DNA of 64,000 nucleotides from Thermoplasmatota archaeon (GCA_041601615.1 JBFIHX010000012.1:8363-72362), one strand, 5' to 3'. Counted from the stretch's first letter, positions 8,653-18,344 are shown. The notes: a model not told the origin generated them from the sequence alone. A program made the numbers and translations.

Positions 8653-10565
8653 GGACCGCCTCGGAGGTAGGTGCCGCCGGCCAGCAGCTTGGTGTAGCGT
8701 TCCTTGAGCACGCGGGCGGTTTCGGTGTCGACGCGGCCGTTGGTTTGGAGGCGGTCGATGCGAGCACGGATGCGGCGGCGCATGTCGCTGGGGTCGTATT
8801 GGACCCAGCGTAGCATTTCGGCGACTTTGCTGCCGTCGCGGGCTCCTCGGATGCTCCAGCCGGTGGGGGAGTCGGGGTCGATGTCGACCCAGGCTTCGCT
8901 GGTTTCGCCAAACAAGTTGTGGTAGTCGCCGAGGCTGTCTTGGTAGGCGCCTACGAGGCCGACGGCGAGGCGGTAGGGTTCGCCGTTTTTGACGCCGTGT
9001 ACGGGCAGTTCGTCGCGGGTGCCGTGTGGGTCGATGTAGTTGCGAATTTCGCCGTCGGAGTCGCAGGTGATGTCGGCGAGGGTGGCCAGTTCCTTCGGCT
9101 CTTCGTTGAGCCGGTGCAGGGGCAGGATGGGGAACTGTTGTTTGACGCCCCAGACGTCGGGGAGGCTCTGGAAGAGACTGAAGTTGCAGACGAGTTTTTG
9201 GCCAAGTACGCTGCGAACGTGTTGGTATTCTTCGCTCTCGGTCTCGTCTTCGGCTTCCAGGATGGTGCGGATTTGTCGGAAGATGGTGCGCAGCAGTACT
9301 TCGGCGCGGCTGAGGTCGGGTAGGTTCAGGTGCCCAAGGTCGAAGAGGGTGTACAAGTCGTCGCGGGCTTGCACGGCGTCGTGGAAGCTTTCGAAGACGG
9401 TCTTGGGGCTTAGGTCGGTTAGAAGATCGTAGAGATTCCAGAGGGGTGTTGGGTCGTCGTCGGTGCGGGCGGCGCGGTCCGGTTCGGGGTCGAGGTAGGG
9501 GATGCGGCGCATGACATCGACGACGAGCACGGCGTGTTGGCTAACTACGGCGCGGCCGGATTCTGTGATGAGGTCCGGCATGGGCACTTCGGATTCTTCG
9601 CAGACGTCTTTGACGGTGGCGACGATGGTGCTGGCGTACTCCTCCATGTTGTAGTTGCAGGAGTTGTGGCCGCTGCTGCCGCTGCCGTCGTAGTCGACGG
9701 CCTGTCCGCCGCCGCAGTCGAGTAGCCGCAGCGGGACGCCGAGGCGGTGCAGTTCGGCGTAGATGCGGGCGGCTTCGCGCACACCTTGGGCGATGCGGCG
9801 AATGTGGCTGATTTGGCTGCCGATGTGGAAGTGCAGAAGTTGCAGTCGGTCGAGGTGGCCGGCCTCTTTGAGTTGCTCCACGGCCCAGAGGACCTCGGGG
9901 ATGGTGAGGCCAAATTTGGCGCGCTCGCCGCCGCTGAGTGCCCATTTGCCGGGCGCTTTGCTGCGTAGCTTCAGGCGCAGGCCCAAAATCGGCGGGTTGG
10001 GCAATTCCTCCAGCATCGGGATGATGTGGGGCAGTTCGCCGACCTCGTCGAGCACGATGATGACGTCGTCTTTGAGGTAGGTGGCGGCGCAGGCGGCTTC
10101 CAGGAAATCTTTGTCCTTGAAGCCGTTGACCACAAGCAGGCTCTTGCGGTTCGGGTCCATGGTGAGCGCGGCCATCAATTCGGCTTTGCTGCCTACTTCG
10201 AGTCCGTAGGCCCATTTGCGGCCGGTGCGGGCCAGTTCTTGCACCACGTCGCGGCGCTGGTTGACTTTGATCGGGAAGACGCCACGGTAGCGAACGCCTT
10301 TGCAGCCGTTGTCTTTGAGGGCTTTTTGGAACGCTTGGTTGAGTCGTTCGACGCGCTTGTGCAGGAGGCTGGCAAACCGCAGCACCAGGGGGGAGGTGAA
10401 TCCGTCCTCGGCAAGTTTGTTGACGACTTCGTTCAAATCGACGCTGGTGCGTGAGGGGCCCGGTCGTACAGCGAGCGTGCCGCGTTTGGTGACGTGGAAG
10501 TTTCCCTCGCCCCAGCCGTCTACTTGGTACAGTTCTTCGGCGTCACGGACGCTCCAGTGGGCCAC
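8649..10565 (-). CDS. speA: Biosynthetic PLP-dependent arginine decarboxylase (bacterial type)
   Basis: FPIKVNQ (PLP lysine), GLEVGSKAE, HFHIGSQI, TESGRA, NFSLFQSLPDVW, DITCDSDG, GAYQD..GDYHNLFG. Confidence 0.95.
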   Translation of the reverse strand: MAHWSVRDAEELYQVDGWGEGNFHVTKRGTLAVRPGPSRTSVDLNEVVNKLAEDGFTSPLVLRFASLLHKRVERLNQAFQKALKDNGCKGVRYRGVFPIKVNQRRDVVQELARTGRKWAYGLEVGSKAELMAALTMDPNRKSLLVVNGFKDKDFLEAACAATYLKDDVIIVLDEVGELPHIIPMLEELPNPPILGLRLKLRSKAPGKWALSGGERAKFGLTIPEVLWAVEQLKEAGHLDRLQLLHFHIGSQISHIRRIAQGVREAARIYAELHRLGVPLRLLDCGGGQAVDYDGSGSSGHNSCNYNMEEYASTIVATVKDVCEESEVPMPDLITESGRAVVSQHAVLVVDVMRRIPYLDPEPDRAARTDDDPTPLWNLYDLLTDLSPKTVFESFHDAVQARDDLYTLFDLGHLNLPDLSRAEVLLRTIFRQIRTILEAEDETESEEYQHVRSVLGQKLVCNFSLFQSLPDVWGVKQQFPILPLHRLNEEPKELATLADITCDSDGEIRNYIDPHGTRDELPVHGVKNGEPYRLAVGLVGAYQDSLGDYHNLFGETSEAWVDIDPDSPTGWSIRGARDGSKVAEMLRWVQYDPSDMRRRIRARIDRLQTNGRVDTETARVLKERYTKLLAGGTYLRGGP

Positions 10566-10628
10566 GCACTGTCGATTCCGGCATGTGCCTTGAACGAATC
10601 GGCACGGAAGCTCCGCCCTGAATGGGGC

Positions 10629-11531
10629 TCAAAGGTACGCTTGGAGGGCGCCGGGGACGACTTCCACGGTGGCGGGTGTGACGCCGAGTACGTCCCCGTC
10701 GATCAAAATGGGGCTTGGTCGCTCCGGTTCCACGCGGAACGTGGTGCCCCTCGCCAAGTGGACTTTCGGGTGTCCCCGGTGTTCGCCTTTGAAGATCTTG
10801 GAAAACAGCCCTAGCAATTGGCCACGGCTGACTTTCTCAAGGGCCAACCAGTCGAGTTGGCCGTCGCCGGCGTCTGCTTCGGGGGCAATCCACATGCCGC
10901 CGCCGGTGTAGGCTGTGTTGCAGAACGCGACCATGGGGTAGTGCCCGTTGTGGTCCGCGCCGTCGATTGACAATTGGGTCGGGTCGGAGCGCAGGCCGGC
11001 CAGTTCTCGAAGCACGGCCGCGCTGTAGCCCATTTTTCCCAGGAATTTGTATTGGCGGTTCGTGCGGTCTGCCACGCGGGCGGCAAATCCTGTGGCGACG
11101 ATATTGATGCTGAAGCGCTCGCAGGCCGCTCCGTCCGCGTCGGTCCACGAGACGCGCGCGGCGTCGATGCGGCGGGGTGTTTCCTCGGCAATGCGCTGGG
11201 CTGCGTCCGCCATGGAATCGATGCCAAAGTGGCGCAGGAAGTCGTTGCCGGTGCCGCCAGGAAGCAGTCCTAGGCGAACGTCTTGGCCAACAGCCCCTTG
11301 GGCGGCCTCGCTGACTGTGCCGTCGCCTCCGACCACCATGATGTCCTTCTCGCCGGCCTCCACGAGTTCGCGCACAAGCGGCCCCGCGTGTCCCGGGTGG
11401 TGGGTGGCGATTTTGCGCACTTGAATATCGTGCAACGCGAGGACGGCTTCTGCCTCTCGGGTGCGAAACAGGCCTCGGCCCCCACCAGCTGCAGGGTTGT
11501 ACAGGAGAGGCACCGGCCCGTCGAAGGCCAT
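10629..11531 (-). CDS. Diacylglycerol/lipid kinase family protein (YegS/DgkB-like)
   Basis: NPAAG, GGDGT, PGGTGNDF and IDGD motifs. Confidence 0.9.
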   Translation of the reverse strand: MAFDGPVPLLYNPAAGGGRGLFRTREAEAVLALHDIQVRKIATHHPGHAGPLVRELVEAGEKDIMVVGGDGTVSEAAQGAVGQDVRLGLLPGGTGNDFLRHFGIDSMADAAQRIAEETPRRIDAARVSWTDADGAACERFSINIVATGFAARVADRTNRQYKFLGKMGYSAAVLRELAGLRSDPTQLSIDGADHNGHYPMVAFCNTAYTGGGMWIAPEADAGDGQLDWLALEKVSRGQLLGLFSKIFKGEHRGHPKVHLARGTTFRVEPERPSPILIDGDVLGVTPATVEVVPGALQAYL

Positions 11532-11536
11532 ACGAA

Positions 11537-12013
11537 TCAGTCCTTGGCGACTTCCAGGCGCATCAGGACGCGGTAGTCATGGAACCCAAGGTGGCGGTAG
11601 ATTTCCTGCGCCGCCTCGTTGTTCTTGAAGATCTGCACGTCAATGGCGGTGATGCCTTCGCGGCCGCACCAGGCTTGCAGCTCCTCGACGAATTTCTTGA
11701 GGATTCCGGAGCCACGGTTTGCCTTGTTGACGTACGCGTCGCTGAGGTACGCCACACGCGTGTGGTGGTAGATCGGCGGGCGGCGCTGTTTCGTGGCAAT
11801 CAGGTACCCGACAATCGCCTTGCCTTCCTGGGCAACGAGGCAGAACGTGTCCTTGCGCTGCAACATGCCCGTGGCGTAGCCGAAGAAATAATCCGCTGCG
11901 TCCTCGTTGAGGATTCGACTCTCCGTCATCTCCTCGCGCATCTTTGCGAACTCTTTCCAAAGGACGCAGATGCCCTCGATGTCGTCTTCTTCGAGCGTCC
12001 GAATGACCACCAT
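11537..12013 (-). CDS. GNAT N-acetyltransferase
   Basis: YVNKANRGSGI acetyl-CoA motif; N..A..IY..LGF. Confidence 0.85.
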   Translation of the reverse strand: MVVIRTLEEDDIEGICVLWKEFAKMREEMTESRILNEDAADYFFGYATGMLQRKDTFCLVAQEGKAIVGYLIATKQRRPPIYHHTRVAYLSDAYVNKANRGSGILKKFVEELQAWCGREGITAIDVQIFKNNEAAQEIYRHLGFHDYRVLMRLEVAKD

Positions 12014-12153
12014 GGACGGGTGCGGCGACTTGGTGTCCTTATTTCAAGGGACTGGACTAGTTCTCTGCGGTTCGGAAGGGAGCGACAGGTTTTGAAATCT
12101 ATAGTTTCTGATAAACTACTAGGGTAAAAGGAGAAGAATATAGATTCTCGGCG

Positions 12154-12693
12154 TTAACCAATCCGATATTCGATGCCATCTGCTAGGGAGATGACTTGTG
12201 GCACTACGGGCACACAAATCAATCCATTGCAGACAAGACCGCCAAGAACTCCCTCGGCATCCATCCACATGTGTGCCGATGTCTGTTGAAGGACATCATT
12301 GGCATCATCGGGATTGGTTTCGCAGGTGAGGGTCCAGCCGTGATTTAGCCAGGGGTCCTGGACCTTCGCGTAGCAGGTACCTGTCCCGGAATAGTTAGGG
12401 TTGCTGGCAGATGCTGAGCAAGTCTTCACGCTCACACACTTGGCCACATATGCCCCACAAGTTCCGCTACCAGGATTGAATTTGGCATCCTTGTCCGTTG
12501 TTTGACCGGCGATTCTGATTGTACCAGGTTTGCAAACCCATGTACAACTACCAGAATCATCACCTTGTCCAGCAGTGGAGCACGTATTCGTCGGACTGTT
12601 AGGTCCGATTGTTGTACCAGTTACTGGCATTGATGATGCAAGTACCATTACCGCAGCCATCAGCGAAGTCGTTAGTATAGTCGTTTTGTTCAT
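12154..12693 (-). CDS. Secreted Cys-rich protein
   Basis: Signal-peptide-like MNKTTILTTSLMAAVMVLA; 10 Cys in a Gly/Ser/Thr-rich mature region. Confidence 0.7.
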   Translation of the reverse strand: MNKTTILTTSLMAAVMVLASSMPVTGTTIGPNSPTNTCSTAGQGDDSGSCTWVCKPGTIRIAGQTTDKDAKFNPGSGTCGAYVAKCVSVKTCSASASNPNYSGTGTCYAKVQDPWLNHGWTLTCETNPDDANDVLQQTSAHMWMDAEGVLGGLVCNGLICVPVVPQVISLADGIEYRIG

Positions 12694-12817
12694 GTTTTCA
12701 CCGGGCATCTCACCCATCCTCGATGTGAGATCATGAATAAATAGGTATTGGCAATATTTGGCCAAAAGGGCCTATTGCAGCCAATACATAGATATAGTAA
12801 ATATAATATGTGGGTTC

Positions 12818-13705
12818 ATGTTTCGTTCGTCTCTGATACTTGTTATGTTGGCGTTGTCCGGCTGTATTGCAGCCAATGGTGGAGTTGAATCGAAAGGCGA
12901 CCCCGATATTTATCAACCAGACTCCAATTATACATGGTTCTGGAATACAACACTAGAGGGCGATTTAGCTGTATGGTTCAATTTATCGGCGCCCAAGGCA
13001 ACTTCATGTCGAATAACTGCGGAAAATTGGGGTCATGGAGCCTCTAGAACATATGATTCCATTCTTGTGGCCCCAGTTGGCCGATTTGGAACTTGGGTTG
13101 CGGGAGGTAATTCGTTCGAATATGCACGAATTAGAAATGATATAGTCGACAGTGGCGACATTGTACGTGAAGCCAGGGGCTGGCACTCATTCTATGTGGC
13201 TGGCACCGTGATTCAAGGAAATGAAACTTATCTAGCAGCATTTCATGATCTATCCAGGAATGCAACCCGGGACCAAGAAAGAGACACCTTGCGATTGTTC
13301 CTTGAGTGTGATGCGTCCGCCCTAACATCGGCGGTTATTGGTAATTCAGTCAACATTTTGGATGCCCAAGATGTAGGTGCATCCGCAACAATCAATAGCG
13401 GAGCCTCGACTGGGATTGGTGAACTGCGTTGGGCCTTGGATGACCCAATCGGCTGGTTCATGGCCGGAGCCCAAGTATCAAATGCAGCTGTAATGGATTG
13501 GGAAATGGATCGAAAATCTGGAAGTTGGATGTTTACTAGTAACCCACCTTTTTTATCTACCTTATTTGATGGTAATAATATAAATATATCTTTAAAATAT
13601 GCTAGTTTCGGGCCTTTAGGCGGGGTTTGGATGGCAATGGCCGGCCAAAATGAGTCAATCGAAGTCCAATCTGGGGCACCACCATGGCCACTACTTGAAG
13701 ATTGA
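12818..13705 (+). CDS. Lipoprotein of unknown function
   Basis: MFRSSLILVMLALSGC lipobox; beta-rich body; ATG at 12818 preferred. Confidence 0.7.
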   Translation: MFRSSLILVMLALSGCIAANGGVESKGDPDIYQPDSNYTWFWNTTLEGDLAVWFNLSAPKATSCRITAENWGHGASRTYDSILVAPVGRFGTWVAGGNSFEYARIRNDIVDSGDIVREARGWHSFYVAGTVIQGNETYLAAFHDLSRNATRDQERDTLRLFLECDASALTSAVIGNSVNILDAQDVGASATINSGASTGIGELRWALDDPIGWFMAGAQVSNAAVMDWEMDRKSGSWMFTSNPPFLSTLFDGNNINISLKYASFGPLGGVWMAMAGQNESIEVQSGAPPWPLLED

Positions 13706-13968
13706 TTAATTCACTTCCGCGCATTCTATTGTGGTGAAGATCTTTATTTAGTAATGCTAATTAATTTTGCTATTATTTTCATCTATAGTAGTTGTATGAA
13801 TGCCGTGAGCTGTTTTTATATATGCAAAATTATGTAATTTTCAACATCACCCTATGGTCTAACCCCGCACCGACTTCATTCCGCCATAGAGCATTGATAA
13901 GCATACCGCCACTCATTCGCCTCCAAGCCCAAAATCGTCATATACGACTGCCTCTCCAAGCCAAAACC

Positions 13969-14211
13969 ATGGAAGAGCCACTTGCCCGCGTGGAGATTCG
14001 TGAAGTGGACGAAGACATGTTCGTCGCGACCCTCTGGTCCGAGGCTGAGGGGATCAAGGAACTGCGTGCGCACTCCTTGGATGCACTGTGGCGTGAGTTG
14101 ACCATGGATTTGGAATTCATGGCTGGCCAGCACGGCGCGGACACCCGCGGCGTGGAGTTCTCGGCGGAAGAGGAGTTCGAGAACCTGCAGTTTGCCCAAG
14201 AGTGGGAATAA
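13969..14211 (+). CDS. Small acidic hypothetical protein
   Basis: MEEPLARVEIRE..., 80 aa, host-like codon usage, followed by a pyrimidine tract. Confidence 0.65.
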   Translation: MEEPLARVEIREVDEDMFVATLWSEAEGIKELRAHSLDALWRELTMDLEFMAGQHGADTRGVEFSAEEEFENLQFAQEWE

Positions 14212-14326
14212 GCAAGCGAATCCCCTGCGTTTTCTCTCCTCTTTCCTTTGCCTAGCCTCTGCTGGGTCTCGTTTGGTCCAGTGATTGGGCCAGGATTATC
14301 GTCCCGATTCGCCCGGTGCGTCCCGG

Positions 14327-15316
14327 TTATCGCTCGGGGACCGGGTGCGGGCCGTCTTCGACAAAGAGCCAGCCTTCCTCGGGCGTGAAGTTGTAGAAGA
14401 CGTGCACGTAGGCGTCAAATTCTTGCTGGAGCACGACGCCAACGCCACAAGCGTCGCTGCATTGGGGCGTTGCGGCGGGGGTGCAGAGGGAACAGTCGGC
14501 GCCCACGGCGAGCGCGATGCCGGGGCCGCTGCCGACGCCGAGGTTTGTTTGGCCGACGGTGGACCCTCCGGCTCCTTTGCCGCTTCGCACGACGCTGTAT
14601 TGGTTTACGCTGCACCAGAGCAGGCTTTGGCCCCAGGTTTGGCAGAGCATGTTGGTGCCGATGCCGTACGGGGAGCAGTAGTCGCCCCCGGTGCAGGAGC
14701 CGAAGGTCATGGTGAGGCTGTCGCCGGCTTGTTGGTTGCTTTCCCAGTCCAGTTCCACTTGTACGGCGTGGGGCACGCGCTCATCCACGGGCAAGAAGAA
14801 TTGGGCGGTGTCTTCGCCCGCGACTCCCGTGTCCAAGTCGCAGGATTGCAGCAGGGCTCCTGCAAGCACTTCGCAGTTCAGGATGCCACGAACTTGGATC
14901 GGCAGGATGTAGGGCACCGTTTCGGGCAGGCGCGGCAGCGTGATTTTGAGGATGGCTGGGGCGCTGACGCCTGCAAGCACCTTCGCCGTGGTTTGAACCT
15001 GGTCGTGTCCCGGTTTGGAAGCGTCGAGCACATAGGTGCCGGGTTCCAGGCCGTCGAAGCCAAAGCGTCCGTCGGGGCCGGTGGTGGTTGCGTTGCGGTG
15101 GCCCTTGATGGAGACGGAGACGCCCTCAACGGGAGTGATGGTTTCGTCGAGGATGACGCCTCGAATGACGCCGGTGGTGGCGGTGGACTTGAGGTCGTCC
15201 GTGATGGGTTCGCTGTCGGTGTCCGAGGCCTTGTCGTCGGAGCACCCCGCAAGCAGCGCTAGGACCAGCAGAAGCACGATGGGTGTCGGACGCACAAGGG
15301 GAGCCCGGGCTAGCAA
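14327..15316 (-). CDS. Lipoprotein with carboxypeptidase-regulatory-like domain and Cys-rich C-terminus
   Basis: LLAGC lipobox; IRGVILD..PVEGVSV..TGPDGRF.F.GLEPGTY.L.ASKPG. Confidence 0.8.
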   Translation of the reverse strand: MLARAPLVRPTPIVLLLVLALLAGCSDDKASDTDSEPITDDLKSTATTGVIRGVILDETITPVEGVSVSIKGHRNATTTGPDGRFGFDGLEPGTYVLDASKPGHDQVQTTAKVLAGVSAPAILKITLPRLPETVPYILPIQVRGILNCEVLAGALLQSCDLDTGVAGEDTAQFFLPVDERVPHAVQVELDWESNQQAGDSLTMTFGSCTGGDYCSPYGIGTNMLCQTWGQSLLWCSVNQYSVVRSGKGAGGSTVGQTNLGVGSGPGIALAVGADCSLCTPAATPQCSDACGVGVVLQQEFDAYVHVFYNFTPEEGWLFVEDGPHPVPER

Positions 15317-15347
15317 GATTTGACGTTTGCGGCGCCGCTCCGGCTAC

Positions 15348-16097
15348 CTACTGGGCTAGCCCAAGCTGTCCTTCAGGGAGTGCGGCGTCCTTGAGCACCT
15401 CGAAGCCAGGCGGAGGTACCAGTGTTGCAACATGGTGGTGCTCGGCGGCGGCCTCCACGCTTGCGACGACGGCGGCCATTCCTTGCACGTACAGGAACGC
15501 AGAGAACGACAGTGCAAGGGACGAGACGATGAGGAACACGATGCCCGGCACCGGGGCGTCAAGCTGCAACGCAATCCAGACGGGCACTTGCAGGACCAGG
15601 GTGATTCCAAACAGGACGCCCATTGCAAGGAGTCCTCCTACCATCAGCGTCGGCGTGGAGCGCGCCAGGGGCATACAGTCCAAGGGCTGATGGCCGTACA
15701 CGACGCCTGCCACATCGAAGCCGAAGGGACTGCGATCGCCGGCGCTCGGATGGAACGCATGTGCCCTGTGTGCCCACGCGCCTCGGAGGGCACTGCGGAG
15801 GGTCGGATTGGTGCCACTCCAGCGTTGGCGGCAGCTTTCGGCAACGAGAATTTTCACGAATTCACCCGTGCCCAGCGCCATCCAGTAGCCTGCTGCGAGG
15901 GAGCCAAGCACGGCGATGAACATCAGGGGATGGTTCGAGCCGGAAGCGATTGCAATGCCGACCATGGCGCCAACGGGTAGCAGGTACGCTGTCATGAACG
16001 CAAGAAAGTGCAGGGGCGGAATCCAGAAAAGTTCCCGATCGCCGCGCAGGTGGCGCCATGCAGCTTTCCAGAGTGCTTTATTGGACACAGAATCCAA
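15348..16097 (-). CDS. Hypothetical membrane protein
   Basis: About four hydrophobic helices; longest ORF in the operon orientation. Confidence 0.6.
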   Translation of the reverse strand: MDSVSNKALWKAAWRHLRGDRELFWIPPLHFLAFMTAYLLPVGAMVGIAIASGSNHPLMFIAVLGSLAAGYWMALGTGEFVKILVAESCRQRWSGTNPTLRSALRGAWAHRAHAFHPSAGDRSPFGFDVAGVVYGHQPLDCMPLARSTPTLMVGGLLAMGVLFGITLVLQVPVWIALQLDAPVPGIVFLIVSSLALSFSAFLYVQGMAAVVASVEAAAEHHHVATLVPPPGFEVLKDAALPEGQLGLAQ

Positions 16098-16163
16098 GGG
16101 CCTAGCAGCTAGAAAAGGGTCCGGCAGAATGGATCGGATTGTGCAGGTGTGGGTGTGGCTGCA

Positions 16164-17381
16164 TCATGCCGGTTTGCGGCTCGCCGAGGGCGCCGAAGCG
16201 AGTCGTAGCGCGTTCCAGATCAGCCACAGGGCCATCAGGACGCCTGCGGCCATCAGAAGCGCTCCGTGCGCTACCTCTGCCATGATTTCGCCGGCAAAGA
16301 ACGCCAGGAGCCCGCCGTTGAGCACCCAGATGCCGATGGCGGTGTTGCGGGGCATGACCGAACCGCTGGCAAAGTGCGATTGCACCGACAAGACGAGGTT
16401 GGTTGCCATGGCAACGAACGTGGTGTGCACGAAGACGATTGCCAGGACAGGTGGCGGAATCTTGCCTTGTGAGAAATAGGCCATGACGGCGTAGACGAAG
16501 AGGCCGATGTAGAACGGGAACGCGACGCCGCCCCACCAGAGTGCCGGGCGCGAGCGCGGCCCCATGGGAAACACGCGCCAGCCGGTGCGGGCGAAGTAGA
16601 ACCCGAACGAGACCAAGAACAGGAGCATCCCAACGGGGATGAGCGCGCCGATGCCCACAAACAAGGCGAGACTGACGACGAAACCGGAGGTAACGCCCAG
16701 AATCATCTGCGCCATGGCGGGCTTGCTCCAGCGGCTCGAATCACCGCGCAGCAGCAGTTCTGCGATGGCTCCGAAGGCGAGCGCGAGGTACATGTCCATG
16801 GGGCCTGCGTGGGCTCCCACGGCGTCCGCGTCGTCGTTGACCGGGAACACATCCACCACGTCCGCGTGTGCAAGGCCCACGAGAATGCCCATGGTGGCGC
16901 CGAGGCCTGCTACGATGAGGGCGCCAAGCATCAGCAGGTGTGCTGTGGAGGCGACGGGGAGCTTGGAAAACTGCGTCGCGGCCAACACGAGGCCACCGAG
17001 GATCACGAGTGCCGTGGGTATGCCAAACAGGGGCAGCATCCAGAACATGCCGTCGCCGTTGAAGGCCAGGTAGAATGCGAGGATGTAGCCGGCGACTGCG
17101 ATGATGCCGACCCATGCCAACCAGAGCACGCTCTTGCGGTAGCCATCCGAGACGGAGCGCTCGCCCGTGAACAGCCAAATCGTCGTTGCCAGCACCGAGA
17201 GCGTCACCCAGCCGATGCTTCCTGAGTGGAAGTGTGCCAAGATCTGGCCGCGTGGAATCTCGCCGCTCGTGAAGACGTTGAGAATTCCCAGCAAAACCGT
17301 GGCAAGAAACAGGGCTCCGGAGCCCATGTACAGCAGACGAACGCTGCGCCAAACGTGCGGATCGGAAACGGTGCGGACCAT
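16164..17381 (-). CDS. Polytopic (~12 TM) membrane protein with HxHxxxxGW motif (heme-copper oxidase/NnrS-like fold suspected)
   Basis: AHFHSGSIGW plus further intramembrane His (AHAGP, VHTTF); highly hydrophobic. Confidence 0.7.
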   Translation of the reverse strand: MVRTVSDPHVWRSVRLLYMGSGALFLATVLLGILNVFTSGEIPRGQILAHFHSGSIGWVTLSVLATTIWLFTGERSVSDGYRKSVLWLAWVGIIAVAGYILAFYLAFNGDGMFWMLPLFGIPTALVILGGLVLAATQFSKLPVASTAHLLMLGALIVAGLGATMGILVGLAHADVVDVFPVNDDADAVGAHAGPMDMYLALAFGAIAELLLRGDSSRWSKPAMAQMILGVTSGFVVSLALFVGIGALIPVGMLLFLVSFGFYFARTGWRVFPMGPRSRPALWWGGVAFPFYIGLFVYAVMAYFSQGKIPPPVLAIVFVHTTFVAMATNLVLSVQSHFASGSVMPRNTAIGIWVLNGGLLAFFAGEIMAEVAHGALLMAAGVLMALWLIWNALRLASAPSASRKPA

Positions 17382-17468
17382 GATACTTCGCGTGGCAATC
17401 AGAATGCTCCTTGATAATCGAATCTGTATGGTTGCGCAGACGAATAGACGACAAAATCAACGAAATGT

Positions 17469-17672
17469 GGACGTTGTCCGGCCCCGACGCACACGAAACT
17501 GCAAGCAGCTCCGCGGCGAGCGAAGTCCGGACGTTGTCCGGCCTCCGCAGTCATACAGGCCTGCAAGCAGACCTGCAACAAACGGAGTCCGGACGTTGTC
17601 CGGCCCCGACGCACACGAAGCTGCAAGCAGCTCCGCGGCGAGCGAAGTCCGGACTTTGTCCGGCCTCCGCAG
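17469..17672. repeat. Degenerate ~61-bp tandem repeat with palindromic core (CC)GGAC-NNN-GTCCGG (4 cores; ~122-bp higher-order period)
   Basis: GGAC(G/T)TTGTCCGGCC at 17469, 17529, 17591 and 17651; units 1 and 3 nearly identical; CTGCAAGCAG in three units. Confidence 0.9.
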
Positions 17673-17880
17673 CACACCGCATCACCTGACAAGGCTCCCC
17701 ACCGCGGTAGGGCGCCATCAACGGGTTGAGGGCACGGAGGCCGGTTGAACGTCCGGAATTGTACGAGGGCACACTTCGAGAAAAACGTGTTCCAAGGCCG
17801 CGCCGACAGGGGGCGGGCCGTCTTGCAAAGGGAGGGGGAAGGGAAAGGGGTCCGAAACCGGAGCGAGTTGACAAATTCGC

Positions 17881-18057
17881 TTACGCGAGTTCGCCAACGA
17901 TTTCAGCCACGACAACGCCGCGGCCACCGGTGGGCTTGGCGAGGGTTGCGCCGCAGACCTGACAACCGACGACCATTGCGGGTCGGTTGAAGATGATCTG
18001 TTCGCCGCCGCAGTCGCCGCACTTGACCTTGAGGAACTTGGAACTTTTTGCTGCCAT
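17881..18057 (-). CDS. rps27e: 30S ribosomal protein S27e
   Basis: SKFLKVKC.DC..EQIIF....V.C.VCG.TLAKPTGG zinc ribbon. Confidence 0.97.
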   Translation of the reverse strand: MAAKSSKFLKVKCGDCGGEQIIFNRPAMVVGCQVCGATLAKPTGGRGVVVAEIVGELA

Positions 18058-18062
18058 GGGAA

Positions 18063-18344
18063 TCACTCCGTCAGTTCGAACTTCTTGGCTCGCTGTGCGG
18101 CAGGCTGAACCTTTTTGCCGCACGCTTGGCACGCGAAACGAAGCAGGATGCGCTTCGTGGGTTTTTCGCGGCCTTCGGGCTTGGGACGCGGGAAACCCAC
18201 GTATCCAGCGGTCACGCGTCGGAAACGACGTTGACCCCACTTCAGTTCACTCGCGCGGCGCTTCTTGACACGCTCGACCTCGACGGTCTGGTGCTTTTTG
18301 CACGAGGGGCAGTATCGCTTGATGGTGCGAGGCATCTTTACCAT
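18063..18344 (-). CDS. rpl44e: 50S ribosomal protein L44e
   Basis: MPRTIKRYCPSCKKH..WGQRRFRR..GY.GFPRP..KPTKR..C..C. Confidence 0.97.
   Translation of the reverse strand: MVKMPRTIKRYCPSCKKHQTVEVERVKKRRASELKWGQRRFRRVTAGYVGFPRPKPEGREKPTKRILLRFACQACGKKVQPAAQRAKKFELTE

Larger units (their letters stand above)
12060..13860. other. AT-rich islet (probably horizontally acquired); boundaries approximate
   Basis: Abrupt drop in GC with long A/T tracts at 12090-12145, 12735-12810 and 13700-13850 compared with the GC-rich flanks. Confidence 0.75.

Noticed and set aside
17469-17672. CRISPR array (palindromic repeat with ~61-bp period)
   Set aside because: Spacers are not unique (1 and 3 nearly identical, all share CTGCAAGCAG) and there are no cas genes in the window
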